From: Eledone cirrhosa
Taxonomy: Eukaryota
Direction: 5' to 3'
Length of the DNA: 64,000 bases
Assembly: GCA_964016885.1 (NCBI GenBank)
Contig: OZ024740.1
Span: 12,400,001-12,464,000, forward strand
In this document: positions 25,501 through 40,500 of the stretch, piece after piece
Layout of the letters: each line of letters begins with the position of its first letter
Position numbering within the stretch: the stretch's first letter is position 1
Notes under the pieces: model-generated
Database searches by the model: none
Seen by the model: the letters and a program-made list of their open reading frames with translations, nothing else
What the model was told of the DNA's origin: nothing
Translations under genes and position numbers: made by a program

Positions 25501-28500
25501 GTCTAATGTCTTGTCTCTAGTCTAATGTCTTGTCTCTAGTCTAATGTCTTGTTTCTAGTCTAATGTCTCTAGTCTAATGTCTTGTCTCTAGTCTAATATC
25601 TTGTCTCTAGTCTAATGTCTTGTCTCTAGTCTAATGTCTCTAGTCTAATGTCTTGTTTCTAGTCTAATGTCTCTAGTCTAATGTCTTGTCTCTAGTCTAA
25701 TATCTTGTCTCTAGTCTAATGTCTTGTCTCTAGTCTAATGTCTCTAGTCTAATGTCTTGTCTCTAGTCTAATATCTTGTCTCTAGTCTAATGTCTTTTCT
25801 CTAGTCTAATGTCTCTAGTCTAATGTCTTGTTTCTAGTCTAATGTCTCCAGTCTAATGTCTTGTCTCTAGTCTAATATCTTGTCTCTAGTCTAATGTCTC
25901 TAGTCTAATGTCTCTAGTCTAATGTCTTGTCTCTAGTCTAATATCTTGTCTCTAGTCTAATGTCTCTAGTCTAATGTCTTGTCTCTAGTCTAATATCTTG
26001 TGTCTAGTCTAATGTCTTGTGTCTAGTCTAATGTCTCTAGTCTAATGTCTTGTTTCTAGTCTAATGTCTCTAGTCTAATGTCTTGTCTCTAGTCTAATAT
26101 CTTGTCTCTAGTCTAATGTCTCTAGTCTAATGCCTTGTCTCTAGTCTAATATCTTGTCTCTAGTCTAATGTCTCTAGTCTAATGTCTTGTCTCTAGTCTA
26201 ATGTCTCTAGTCTAATGTCTTGTCTCTAGTCTAATATCTTGTCTCTAGTCTAATGTCTCTAGTCTAATGTCTTGTCTCTAGTCTAATATCTTGTCTCTAG
26301 TCTAATGTCTCTAGTCTAATGTCTTGTCTCTAGTCTAATGTCTCTAGTCTAATGTCTTGTCTCTAGTCTAATGTCTTGTCTCTAGTCTAATATCTTGTCT
26401 CTAGTCTAATGTCTCTAGTCTAACGTCTTGTCTCTAGTCTAATATCTCGTCTCTAGTCTAATGTCTCTAGTCTAATGTCTTGTCTCTAGTCTAATATCTT
26501 GTCTCTAGTCTAATGTCTCTAGTCTATTGTCTTGTCTCTAGTCTAATATCTTGTCTCTAGTCTAATGTCTCTAGTCTAATGTCTTGTCTCTAGTCTAATG
26601 TCTTGTCTCTAGTCTAATGTCTCTAGTCTAATGTCTTGTCTCTAGTCTAACGTCTTGTCTGTAGTCTAATGTCTCTAGTGTAATGTCTTGTCTCTAGTCT
26701 AATGTCTTGTCTCTAATCTAATGTCTTGTCTCTAGTCTAATGTCTCTAGTCTAATGTCTTGTCTCTAGTCTAATATCTTGTCTCTAGTCTAATGTCTTGT
26801 CTCTAGTCTAATGTCTCTAGTCTAATGTCTTGTCTCTAGTCTAATATCTTGTCTCTAGTCTAATGTCTTGTCTCTAGTCTAATGTCTCTAGTCTAATGTC
26901 TTGTTTCTAGTCTAATGTCTCTAGTCTAATGTCTTGTCTCTAGTCTAATATCTTGTCTCTAGTCTAATGTCTTGTCTTTAGTCTAATGTCTCTAGTCTAA
27001 TGTCTTGTCTCTAGTCTAATATCTTGTCTCTAGTCTAATGTCTTGTCTCTAGTCTAATGTCTCTAGTCTAATGTCTTGTTTCTAGTCTAATGTCTCTAGT
27101 CTAATGTCTTGTCTCTAGTCTAATATCTTGTCTCTAGTCTAATGTCTCTAGTCTAATGTCTTGTCTCTAGTCTAATGTCTCTAGTCTGATGTCTTGTCTC
27201 TAGTCTAATATCTTGTCTCTAGTCTAATGTCTCTAGTCTAATGTCTTGTCTCTAGTCTAATGTCTCTAGTCTAATGTCTTGTCTCTAGTCTAATGTCTGG
27301 TCTCTAGTCTAATGTCTCTAGTCTAATGTTTCTAGTCTAATGTCTTGTTTCTAGTCTAATGTCTCTAGTCTAATGTCTTGTCTCTAGTCTAATATCTTGT
27401 CTCTAGTCTAATGTCTTGTCTCTAGTCTAATGTCTCTAGTGTAATGTCTTGTCTCTAGTCTAATGTCTTGTCTCTAGTCTAATGTCTTGTGTCTAGTCTA
27501 ATGTCTCTAGTCTAATGTCTTGTCTCTAGTCTAATATCTTGTCTCTAGTCTAATGTCTTGTCTCTTGTCTAATGTCTTGTCTCTAGTCTAATGTCTCTAG
27601 TCTAATGTCTTGTTTCTAGTCTAATGTCTCTAGTCTAATGTCTTGTCTCTAGTCTAATATCTTGTCTCTAGTCTAATGTCTTGTCTCTAGTCTAATGTCT
27701 CTAGTCTAATGTCTTGTTTCTAGTCTAATGTCTCTAGTCTAATGTCTTGTCTCTAGTCTAATATCTTGTCTCTAGTCTAATGTCTCTAGTCTAATGTCTT
27801 GTCTCTAGTCTAATGTCTCTAGTCTAATGTCTTGTGTCTAGTCTAATATCTTGTCTCTAGTCTAATGTCTCTAGTCTAATGTCTTGTCTCTAGTCTAATG
27901 TCTCTAGTCTAATGTCTTGTCTCTAGTCTAATATCTTGTCTCTAGTCTAATGTCTCTAGTCTAATGTCTTGTCTCTAGTCTAATGTCTCTATTCTAATGT
28001 CTTGTCTCTAGTCTAATGTCTCTAGTCTAACGTCTTGTCTCTAGTCTAATATCTCGTCTCTAGTCTAATGTCTCTAGTCTAATGTCTCTAGTCTAATGTC
28101 TTGTCTCTAGTCTAATATCTTGTCTCTAGTCTAATGTCTCTAGTCTATTGTCTTGTCTCTAGTCTAATATCTTGTCTCTAGTCTAATGTCTTGTCTCTAG
28201 TCTAATATCTTGTCTCTAGTCTAATGTCTTGTCTCTAGTCTAATGTCTCTAGTCTAATGTCTTGTCTCTAGTCTAATGTCTTGTCTCTAGTCTAATGTCT
28301 CTAGTCTAATGTCTTGTCTCTAGTCTAATGACTTGTCTCTAGTCTAATATCTTGTCTCTAGTCTAATGTCTTGTCTCTAGTCTAATGTCTCTAGTCTAAT
28401 GTCTGGTCTCTAGTCTAATATCTTGTCTCTAGTCTAATGAATTGTATCTAGTCTAATGTCTCTAGTCTAATGTCTTGTCTCTAGTCTAATGTCTCTAGTC

Positions 28501-31500
28501 TAATGTCTCTAGTCTAATGTCTTGTCTCTAGTCTAATGCCTGGTCTCTAGTCTAATGTCTCTAGTCTAATGTTTCTAGTCTAATGTCTTGTTTCTAGTCT
28601 AATGTCTCTAGTCTAATGTCTTGTCTCTAGTCTAATATCTTGTCTCTAGTCTAATGTCTTGTCTCTAGTCTAATGTCTCTAGTGTAATGTCTTGTCTCTA
28701 GTCTAATGTCTTGTCTCTAGCCTAATGTCTTGTCTCTAGTCTAATGTCTCTAGTCTAATGTCTTGTCTCTAGTCTAATATCTTGTCTCTAGTCTAATGTC
28801 TTGTCTCTAGTCTAATGTCTTGTCTCTAGTCTAATGTCTCTAGTCTAATGTCTTGTTTCTAGTCTAATGTCTCTAGTCTAATGTCTTGTCTCTAGTCTAA
28901 TATCTTGTCTCTAGTCTAATGTCTTGTCTCTAGTCTAATGTCTCTAGTCTAATGTCTTGTTTCTAGTCTAATGTCTCTAGTCTAACGTCTTGTCTCTAGT
29001 CTAATATCTTGTCTCTAGTCTAATGTCTCTAGTCTAATGTCTTGTCTCTAGTCTAATGTCTCTAGTCTAATGTCTTGTCTCTAGTCTAATATCTTGTCTC
29101 TAGTCTAATGTCTCTAGTCTAATGTCTTGTCTCTAGTCTAATGTCTCTAGTCTAATGTCTTGTCTCTAGTCTAATATCTTGTCTCTAGTCTAATGTCTCT
29201 AGTCTAATGTCTTGTCTCTAGTCTAATGTCTCTACTCTAATGTCTTGTCTCTAGTCTAATGTCTCTAGTCTAACGTCTTGTCTCTAGTCTAATATCTCGT
29301 CTCTAGTCTAATGTCTCTAGTCTAATGTCTTGTCTCTAGTCTAATATCTTGTCTCTAGTCTAATGTCTCTAGTCTATTGTCTTGTCTCTAGTCTAATATC
29401 TTGTCTCTAGTCTAATGTCTCTAGTCTAATGTCTTGTCTCTAGTCTAATGTCTTGTTTCTAGTCTAATGTCTCTAGTCTAATGTCTTGTCTCTAGTCTAA
29501 CGTCTTGTCTCTAGTCTAATGTCTCTAGTGTAATGTCTTGTCTCTAGTCTAATGTCTTGTCTCTAATCTAATGTCTTGTCTGTAGTCTAACGTCTCTAGT
29601 CTAATGTCTTGTCTCTAGTCTAATATCTTGTCTCTAGTCTAATGTCTTGTCTCTAGTCTAATGTCTCTAGTCTAATGTCTTGTTTATAATCTAATGTCTC
29701 TAGTCTAATGTCTTGTCTCTAGTCTAATATCGTGTCACTAGTCTAATGTCTCTAGTCTAATGTCTCTAGTCTAATATCTTGTCTCTAGTGTAATGTCTCT
29801 AGTCTAATATCTTGTCACTAGTCTAATGTATCTAGTCTAATGTCTTGTCTCTAGTCTAATGTCTTGTCTCTAGTCTAATGTCTCTAGTCTAATGTCTTGT
29901 CTCTAGTCTAATATCTTGTCTCTAGTCTAATGTCTCTAGTCTAATGTCTTGTCTCTAGTCTAATGTCTCTAGTCTAATGTCTCTAGTCTAATGTCTTGTC
30001 TCTAGTCTAATGTCTTGTCTCTCGTCTAATGTCTCTAGTCTAATATCTTGTCTCTAGTCTAATGTCTGTAGTCTAATGTTTTGTCTCTAGTCTAATGTCT
30101 CTAGTCTAATGTCTTGTCTCTAGTCTAATGTCTCTAGTCTAACGTCTTGTCTCTAGTCTAATATCTCGTCTCTAGTCTAATGTCTCTAGTCTAATGTCTT
30201 GTCTCTAGTCTAATATCTTGTCTCTAGTCTAATGTCTCTAGTCTAATGTCTTGTCTCTAGTCTAATATCTTGTCTCTAGTCTAATGTCTCTAGTCTAATG
30301 TCTTGTCTCTAGTCTAATGTCTTGTCTCTAGTCTATGTCTCAAGTGTAATGTCTTGTCTCTAGTCTAATGTCTTGTCTCTAATCTAATGTCTTGTCTCTA
30401 GTCTAATGTCTCTAGTCTAATGTCTTGTCTCTAGCCTAATATCTTGTCTCTAGTCTAATGTCTTGTCTCTAGTCTAATGTCTTGTCTCTAGTCTAATGTC
30501 TCTAGTCTAATGTCTTGTTTCTAGTCTAATGTCTCTAGTCTAATGTCTTGTCTCTAGTCTAATGTCTCTAGTCTAATGTCTTGTCTCTAGTCTAATGTCT
30601 GGTCTCTAGTCTAATGTCTCTAGTCTAATGTTTCTAGTCTAATGTCTTGTTTCTAGTCTAATGTCTCTAGTCTAATGTCTTGTCTCTAGTCTAATATCTT
30701 GTCTCTAGTCTAATGTCTTGTCTCTAGTCTAATGTCTCTAGTGTAATGTCTTGTCTCTAGTCTAATGTCTTGTCTCTAGTCTAATGTCTTGTGTCTAGTC
30801 TAATGTCTCTAGTCTAATGTCTTGTCTCTAGTCTAATATCTTGTCTCTAGTCTAATGTCTTGTCTCTAGTCTAATGTCTTGTCTCTAGTCTAATGTCTCT
30901 AGTCTAATGTCTTGTTTCTAGTCTAATGTCTCTAGTCTAATGTCTTGTCTCTAGTCTAATATCTTGTCTCTAGTCTAATGTCTTGTCTCTAGTCTAATGT
31001 CTCTAGTCTAATGTCTTGTTTCTAGTCTAATGTCTCTAGTCTAATGTCTTGTCTCTAGTCTAATATCTTGTCTCTAGTCTAATGTCTCTAGTCTAATGTC
31101 TTGTCTCTAGTCTAATGTCTCTAGTCTAATGTCTTGTCTCTAGTCTAATATCTTGTCTCTAGTCTAATGTCTCTAGTCTAATGTCTTGTCTCTAGTCTAA
31201 TGTCTCTAGTCTAATGTCTTGTCTCTAGTCTAATGTCTCTAGTCTAACGTCTTGTCTCTAGTCTAATATCTCGTCTCTAGTCTAATGTCTCTAGTCTAAT
31301 GTCTCTAGTCTAATGTCTTGTCTCTAGTCTAATATCTTGTCTCTAGTCTAATGTCTCTAGTCTATTGTCTTGTCTCTAGTCTAATATCTTGTCTCTAGTC
31401 TAATGTCTTGTCTCTAGTCTAATATCTTGTCTCTAGTCTAATGTCTTGTCTCTAGTCTAATGTCTCTAGTCTGATGTCTTGTCTCTAGTCTAATGTCTTG

Positions 31501-34500
31501 TCTCTAGTCTAATGTCTCTAGTCTAATGTCTTGTCTCTAGTCTAATGACTTGTCTCTAGTCTAATATCTTGTCTCTAGTCTAATGTCTTGTCTCTAGTCT
31601 AATGTCTCTAGTCTAATGTCTGGTCTCTAGTCTAATATCTTGTCTCTAGTCTAATGAATTGTATCTAGTCTAATGTCTCTAGTCTAATGTCTTGTCTCTA
31701 GTCTAATGTCTCTAGTGTAATGTCTCTAGTCTAATGTCTTGTCTCTAGTCTAATGCCTGGTCTCTAGTCTAATGTCTCTAGTGTAATGTTTCTAGTCTAA
31801 TGTCTTGTTTCTAGTCTAATGTCTCCAGTCTAATGTCTTGTCTCTAGTCTAATATCTTGTCTCTAGTCTAATGTCTTGTCTCTAGTCTAATGTCTCTAGT
31901 GTAATGTCTTGTCTCTAGTCTAATGTCTTGTCTCTAGTCTAATGTCTTGTCTCTAGTCTAATGTCTCTAGTCTAATGTCTTGTCTCTAGTCTAATATCTT
32001 GTCTCTAGTCTAATGTCTTGTCTCTAGTCTAATGTCTTGTCTCTAGTCTAATGTCTCTAGTCTAATGTCTTGTTTCTAGTCTAATGTCTCTAGTCTAATG
32101 TCTTGTCTCTAGTCTAATATCTTGTCTCTAGTCTAATGTCTTGTCTCTAGTCTAATGTCTCTAGTGTAATGTCTTGTTTCTAGTCTAATGTCTCTAGTCT
32201 AACGTCTTGTCTCTAGTCTAATATCTTGTCTCTAGTCTAATGTCTCTAGTCTAATGTCTTGTCTCTAGTCTAATGTCTCTAGTCTAATGTCTTGTCTCTA
32301 GTCTAATATCTTGTCTCTAGTCTAATGTCTCTAGTCTAATGTCTTGTCTCTAGTCAAATGTCTCTAGTCTAATGTCTTGTCTCTAGTCTAATATCTTGTC
32401 TCTAGTCTAATGTCTCTAGTCTAATGTCTTGTCTCTAGTCTAATGTCTCTACTCTAATGTCTTGTCTCTAGTCTAATGTCTCTAGTCTAACGTCTTGTCT
32501 CTAGTCTAATATCTCGTCTCTAGTCTAATGTCTCTAGTCTAATGTCTCTAGTCTAATGTCTTGTCTCTAGTCTAATATCTTGTCTCTAGTCTAATGTCTC
32601 TAATCTATTGTCTTGTCTCTAGTCTAATATCTTGTCTCTAGTCTAATGTCTCTAGTCTAATGTCTTGTCTCTAGTCTAATGTCTTGTTTCTAGTCTAATG
32701 TCTCTAGTCTAATGTCTTGTCTCTAGTCTAACGTCTTGTCTCTAGTCTAATGTCTCTAGTGTAATGTCTTGTCTCTAGTCTAATGTCTTGTCTCTAATCT
32801 AATGTCTTGTCTGTAGTCTAACGTCTCTAGTCTAATGTCTTGTCTCTAGTCTAATATCTTGTCTCTAGTCTAATGTCTTGTCTCTAGTCTAATGTCTCTA
32901 GTCTAATGTCTTGTTTATAATCTAATGTCTCTAGTCTAATGTCTTGTCTCTAGTCTAATATCGTGTCACTAGTCTAATGTCTCTAGTCTAATGTCTCTAG
33001 TCTAATATCTTGTCTCTAGTGTAATGTCTCTAGTCTAATATCTTGTCACTAGTCTAATGTATCTAGTCTAATGTCTTGTCTCTAGTCTAATGTCTTGTCT
33101 CTAGTCTAATGTCTCTAGTCTAATGTCTTGTCTCTAGTCTAATATCTTGTCTCTAGTCTAATGTCTCTAGTCTAATGTCTTGTCTCTAGTCTAATGTCTC
33201 TAGTCTAATGTCTCTAGTTTAATGTCTTGTCTCTAGTCTAATGTCTTGTCTCTAGTCTAACGTCTCTAGTCTAATATCTTGTCTCTAGTCTAATGTCTCT
33301 AGTCTAATGTTTTGTCTCTAGTCTAATATCTCTAGTCTAATGTCTTGTCTCTAGTCTAATGTCTCTAGTCTAACGTCTTGTCTCTAGTCTAATATCTCGT
33401 CTCTAGTCTAATGTCTCTAGTCTAATGTCTTGTCTCTAGTCTAATATCTTGTCTCTAGTCTAATGTCTCTAGTCTAATGTCTTGTCTCTAGTCTAATATC
33501 TTGTCTCTAGTCTAATGTCTCTAGTCTAATGTCTTGTCTCTAGTCTAATGTCTTGTCTCTAGTCTATGTCTCAAGTGTAATGTCTTGTCTCTAGTCTAAT
33601 GTCTTGTCTCTAATCTAATGTCTTGTCTCTAGTCTAATGTCTCTAGTCTAATGTCTTGTCTCCAGCCTAATATCTTGTCTCTAGTCTAATGTCTTGTCTC
33701 TAGTCTAATGTCTTGTCTCTAGTCTAATGTCTCTAGTCTAATGTCTTGTTTCTAGTCTAATGTCTCTAGTCTAATGTCTTGTCTCTAGTCTAATATCTTG
33801 TCTCTAATCTAATGTCTTGTCTCTAGTCTAATGTCTTGTCTCTAGTCTAATGTCTTGTCTCTAGTCTAATGTCTCTAGTCTAATGTCTTGTCTCTAGTCT
33901 AATGTCTGGTCTCTAGTCTAATGTCTCTAGTCTAATGTTTCTAGTCTAATGTCTTGTTTCTAGTCTAATGTCTCTAGTCTAATGTCTTGTCTCTAGTCTA
34001 ATATCTTGTCTCTAGTCTAATGTCTTGTCTCTAGTCTAATGTCTCTAGTGTAATGTCTTGTCTCTAGTCTAATGTCTTGTCTCTAGTCTAATGTCTTGTG
34101 TCTAGTCTAATGTCTCTAGTCTAATGTCTTGTCTCTAGTCTAATATCTTGTCTCTAGTCTAATGTCTTGTCTCTAGTCTAATGTCTTGTCTCTAGTCTAA
34201 TGTCTCTAGTCTAATGTCTTGTTTCTAGTCTAATGTCTCTAGTCTAATGTCTTGTCTCTAGTCTAATATCTTGTCTCTAGTCTAATGTCTTGTCTCTAGT
34301 CTAATGTCTCTAGTCTAATGTCTTGTTTCTAGTCTAATGTCTCTAGTCTAATGTCTTGTCTCTAGTCTAATATCTTGTCTCTAGTCTAATGTCTCTAGTC
34401 TAATGTCTTGTCTCTAGTCTAATGTCTCTAGTCTAATGTCTTGTCTCTAGTCTAATATCTTGTCTCTAGTCTAATGTCTCTAGTCTAATGTCTTGTCTCT

Positions 34501-37500
34501 AGTCTAATGTCTCTAGTCTAATGTCTTGTCTCTAGTCTAATATCTTGTCTCTAGTCTAATGTCTCTAGTCTAATGTCTTGTCTCTAGTCTAATGTCTCTA
34601 GTCTAATGTCTTGTCTCTAGTCTAATGTCTCTAGTCTAACGTCTTGTCTCTAGTCTAATATCTCGTCTCTAGTCTAATGTCTCTAGTCTAATGTCTCTAG
34701 TCTAATGTCTTGTCTCTAGTCTAATATCTTGTCTCTAGTCTAATGTCTCTAGTCTATTGTCTTGTCTCTAGTCTAATATCTTGTCTCTAGTCTAATGTCT
34801 TGTCTCTAGTCTAATATCTTGTCTCTAGTCTAATGTCTTGTCTCTAGTCTAATGTCTCTAGTCTAATGTCTTGTCTCTAGTCTAATGTCTTGTCTCTAGT
34901 CTAATGTCTCTAGTCTAATGTCTTGTCTCTAGTCTAATGACTTGTCTCTAGTCTAATATCTTGTCTCTAGTCTAATGTCTTGTCTCTAGTCTAATGTCTC
35001 TAGTCTAATGTCTGGTCTCTAGTCTAATATCTTGTCTCTAGTCTAATGAATTGTATCTAGTCTAATGTCTCTAGTCTAATGTCTTGTCTCTAGTCTAATG
35101 TCTCTAGTCTAATGTCTCTAGTCTAATGTCTTGTCTCTAGTCTAATGCCTGGTCTCTAGTCTAATGTCTCTAGTCTAATGTTTCTAGTCTAATGTCTTGT
35201 TTCTAGTCTAATGTCTCTAGTCTAATATCTTGTCACTAGTCTAATGTCTCTAGTCTAATGTCTTGTCTCTAGTCTAATGTCTCTAGTCTAATGTCTTGTC
35301 TCTAGTCTAATATCTTGTCTCTAGTCTAATGTCTTGTCTCTAGTCTAATGTCTCTAGTCTAATGTCTTGTTTCTAGTCTAATGTCTCTAGTCTAATGTCT
35401 TGTCTCTAGTCTAATATCTTGTCTCTAGTCTAATGTCTTGTCTCTAGTCTAATGTCTCTAGTCTAATGTCTTGTCTCTAGTCTAATATCTTGTCTCTAGT
35501 CTAATGTATCTAGTCTAATGTCTTGTCTCTAGTCTAATATCTTGTCTCTAGTCTAATGTCTCTAGTCTAATGTCTTGTCTCTAGTCTAATATCTTGTCTC
35601 TAGTGTAATGTCTCTAGTCTAATGTCTTGTTTCTAGTCTAATGTCTCTAGTCTAATGTCTTGTCTCTAGTCTAATATCTTGTCTCTAGTCTAATGTATCT
35701 AGTCTAATGTCTTGTCTCTAGTCTAATATCTTGTCTCTAGTCTAATGTCTCTAGTCTAATGTCTTGTCTCTAGTCTAATGTCTCTAGTCTAATGTCTTGT
35801 CTCTAGTCTAATATCTTGTCCCTAGTCTAATGTCTCTAGTCTAATGTCTCTAGTCTAATGTCTTGTCTCTAGTCTAATATCTTGTCTCTAGTCTAATGTC
35901 TCTAGTCTAATGTCTTGTCTCTAGTCTAATGTCTCTAGTCTAATGTCTTGTCTCTAGTCTAATGTCTCTAGTCTAATATCTTGTCACTAGTCTAATGTCT
36001 CTAGTCTAATGTCTTGTCTCTATTCTAATGTCTTGTCTCTAGTCTAATGTCTCTAGTCTAATATCTTGTCTCTAGTCTAATGTGTTGTCTCTAGTCTAAT
36101 GTCTCTAGTCTAATGTCTTGTTTCTAGTCTAATGTCTCTAGTCTAATGTCTTGTCTCTAGTCTAATATCTTGTCTCTAGTCTAATGTCTTGTCTCTAGTC
36201 TAATGTCTCTAGTCTAATGTCTTGTCTCTAGTCTAATATCTTGTCTCTAGTCTAATGTCTTGTCTCTAGTCTAATATCTTGTCTCTAGTCTAATGTATTG
36301 TCTCTAGTCTAATGTCTTGTCTCTAGTCTAATATCTTGTCTCTAGTGTAATATATTGTCTCTAGTCTAATGTCTCTAGTCTAATGTCTTGTCTCTAGTCT
36401 AATGTCTTGTCTCTAGTCTAATATCTTGTCTCTAGTCTAATGTCTCTAGTCTAATGTCTTGTCTCTAGTCTAATATCTTGTCTCTAGTCTAATGTCTTGT
36501 CTCTAGTCTAATGTCTCTAGTCTAATGTCTTGTCTCTAGTCTAATGTCTCTAGTCTAATGTCTTGTCTCTAGTCTAATGACTTGTCTCTAGTCTAATATA
36601 TTGTCTCTAGTCTAATGTCTTGTCTCTAGTCTAATGTCTCTAGTCTAATGTCTGGTCTCTAGTCTAATATCTTGTCTCTAGTCTAATGAATTGTATCTAG
36701 TCTAATGTCTCTAGTCTAATGTCTTGTTTCTAGTCTAATGTCTCTAGTCTAATGTCTTGTCTCTAGTCTAATATCTTGTCTCTAGTCTAATGTCTTGTCT
36801 CTAGTCTAATGTCTCTAGTCTAATGTCTTGTCTCTAGTCTAATATCTTGTCTCTAGTCTAATGTATCTAGTCTAATGTCTTGTCTCTAGTCTAATATCTT
36901 GTCTCTAGTCTAATGTCTCTAGTCTAATGTCTTGTCTCTAGTCTAATATCTTGTCTCTAGTGTAATGTCTCTAGTCTAATGTCTTGTTTCTAGTCTAATG
37001 TCTCTAGTCTAATGTCTTGTCTCTAGTCTAATATCTTGTCTCTAGTCTAATGTATCTAGTCTAATGTCTTGTCTCTAGTCTAATATCTTGTCTCTAGTCT
37101 AATGTCTCTAGTCTAATGTCTTGTCTCTAGTCTAATGTCTCTAGTCTAATGTCTTGTCTCTAGTCTAATATCTTGTCCCTAGTCTAATGTCTCTAGTCTA
37201 ATGTCTCTAGTCTAATGTCTCTAGTCTAATGTCTTGTCTCTAGTCTAATATCTTGTCTCTAGTCTAATGTCTCTAGTCTAATGTCTTGTCTCTAGTCTAA
37301 TGTCTCTAGTCTAATGTCTTGTCTCTAGTCTAATGTCTCTAGTCTAATATCTTGTCACTAGTCTAATGTCTCTAGTCTAATGTCTTGTCTCTATTCTAAT
37401 GTCTTGTCTCTAGTCTAATGTCTCTAGTCTAATATCTTGTCTCTAGTCTAATGTGTTGTCTCTAGTCTAATGTCTCTAGTCTAATGTCTTGTTTCTAGTC

Positions 37501-40500
37501 TAATGTCTCTAGTCTAATGTCTTGTCTCTAGTCTAATATCTTGTCTCTAGTCTAATGTCTTGTCTCTAGTCTAATGTCTCTAGTCTAATGTCTTGTCTCT
37601 AGTCTAATATCTTGTCTCTAGTCTAATGTCTTGTCTCTAGTCTAATATCTTGTCTCTAGTCTAATGTCTTGTCTCTAGTCTAATGTCTTGTCTCTAGTCT
37701 AATATCTTGTCTCTAGTGTAATATATTGTCTCTAGTCTAATGTCTCTAGTCTAATGTCTTGTCTCTAGTCTAATGTCTTGTCTCTAGTCTAATATCTTGT
37801 CTCTAGTCTAATGTCTCTAGTCTAATGTCTTGTCTCTAGTCTAATATCTTGTCTCTAGTCTAATGTCTTGTCTCTAGTCTAATGTCTCTAGTCTAATGTC
37901 TTGTCTCTAGTCTAATGTCTCTAGTCTAATGTCTTGTCTCTAGTCTAATGACTTGTCTCTAGTCTAATATATTGTCTCTAGTCTAATGTCTTGTCTCTAG
38001 TCTAATGTCTCTAGTCTAATGTCTGGTCTCTAGTCTAATATCTTGTCTCTAGTCTAATGAATTGTATCTAGTCTAATGTCTCTAGTCTAATGTCTTGTCT
38101 CTAGTCTAATGTCTGGTCTCTAGTCTAATGTCTCTAGTCTAATGTTTCTAGTCTAATGTCTTGTTTCTAGTCTAATGTCTCTAGTCTAATGTCTTGTCTC
38201 TAGTCTAATATCTTGTCTCTAGTCTAATGTCTTGTCTCTAGTCTAATGTCTCTAGTGTAATGTCTTGTCTCTAGTCTAATGTCTTGTCTCTAGACTAATG
38301 TCTTGTCTATAGTCTAATGTCTCTAGTCTAATGTCTTGTCTCTAGTCTAATATCTTGTCTCTAGTCTAATGTCTTGTCTCTAGTCTAATGTCTTGTCTCT
38401 AGTCTAATGTCTTGTTTCTAGTCTAATGTCTCTAGTCTAATGTCTTGTCTCTAGTCTAATATCTTGTCTCTAGTCTAATGTCTTGTCTCTAGTCTAATGT
38501 CTCTAGTCTAATGTCTTGTTTCTAGTCTAATGTCTCTAGTCTAATGTCTTGTCTCTAGTCTAATATCTTGTCTCTAGTCTAATGTCTTGTCTCTAGTCTA
38601 ATGTCTCTAGTCTAATGTCTTGTCTCTAGTCTAATATCTTGTCTCTAGTCTAATGTCTTTTCTCTAGTCTAATGTCTCTAGTCTAATGTCTTGTTTCTAG
38701 TCTAATGTCTCCAGTCTAATGTCTTGTCTCTAGTCTAATATCTTGTCTCTAGTCTAATGTCTCTAGTCTAATGTCTCTAGTCTAATGTCTTGTCTCTAGT
38801 CTAATATCTTGTCTCTAGTCTAATGTCTCTAGTCTAATGTCTTGTCTCTAGTCTAATATCTTGTGTCTAGTCTAATGTCTTGTGTCTAGTCTAATGTCTC
38901 TAGTCTAATGTCTTGTTTCTAGTCTAATGTCTCTAGTCTAATGTCTTGTCTCTAGTCTAATATCTTGTCTCTAGTCTAATGTCTCTAGTCTAATGTCTCT
39001 AGTCTAATGCCTTGTCTCTAGTCTAATATCTTGTCTCTAGTCTAATGTCTCTAGTCTAATGTCTTGTCTCTAGTCTAATGTCTCTAGTCTAATGTCTTGT
39101 CTCTAGTCTAATATCTTGTCTCTAGTCTAATGTCTCTAGTCTAATGTCTTGTCTCTAGTCTAATATCTTGTCTCTAGTCTAATGTCTCTAGTCTAATGTC
39201 TTGTCTCTAGTCTAATGTCTCTAGTCTAATGTCTTGTCTCTAGTCTAATGTCTTGTCTCTAGTCTAATATCTTGTCTCTAGTCTAATGTCTCTAGTCTAA
39301 CGTCTTGTCTCTAGTCTAATATCTCGTCTCTAGTCTAATGTCTCTAGTCTAATGTCTTGTCTCTAGTCTAATATCTTGTCTCTAGTCTAATGTCTCTAGT
39401 CTATTGTCTTGTCTCTAGTCTAATATCTTGTCTCTAGTCTAATGTCTCTAGTCTAATGTCTTGTCTCTAGTCTAATGTCTTGTCTCTAGTCTAATGTCTC
39501 TATTCTAATGTCTTGTCTCTAGTCTAACGTCTTGTCTGTAGTCTAATGTCTCTAGTGTAATGTCTTGTCTCTAGTCTAATGTCTTGTCTCTAATCTAATG
39601 TCTTGTCTCTAGTCTAATGTCTCTAGTCTAATGTCTTGTCTCTAGTCTAATATCTTGTCTCTAGTCTAATGTCTTGTCTCTAGTCTAATGTCTCTAGTCT
39701 AATGTCTTGTCTCTAGTCTAATATCTTGTCTCTAGTCTAATGTCTTGTCTCTAGTCTAATGTCTCTAGTCTAATGTCTTGTTTCTAGTCTAATGTCTCTA
39801 GTCTAATGTCTTGTCTCTAGTCTAATATCTTGTCTCTAGTCTAATGTCTTGTCTTTAGTCTAATGTCTCTAGTCTAATGTCTTGTCTCTAGTCTAATATC
39901 TTGTCTCTAGTCTAATGTCTTGTCTCTAGTCTAATGTCTCTAGTCTAATGTCTTGTTTCTAGTCTAATGTCTCTAGTCTAATGTCTTGTCTCTAGTCTAA
40001 TATCTTGTCTCTAGTCTAATGTCTCTAGTCTAATGTCTTGTCTCTAGTCTAATGTCTCTAGTCTGATGTCTTGTCTCTAGTCTAATATCTTGTCTCTAGT
40101 CTAATGTCTCTAGTCTAATGTCTTGTCTCTAGTCTAATGTCACTAGTCTAATGTCTTGTCTCTAGTCTAATGTCTGGTCTCTAGTCTAATGTCTCTAGTC
40201 TAATGTTTCTAGTCTAATGTCTTGTTTCTAGTCTAATGTCTCTAGTCTAATGTCTTGTCTCTAGTCTAATATCTTGTCTCTAGTCTAATGTCTTGTCTCT
40301 AGTCTAATGTCTCTAGTGTAATGTCTTGTCTCTAGTCTAATGTCTTGTCTCTAGTCTAATGTCTTGTGTCTAGTCTAATGTCTCTAGTCTAATGTCTTGT
40401 CTCTAGTCTAATATCTTGTCTCTAGTCTAATGTCTTGTCTCTTGTCTAATGTCTTGTCTCTAGTCTAATGTCTCTAGTCTAATGTCTTGTTTCTAGTCTA

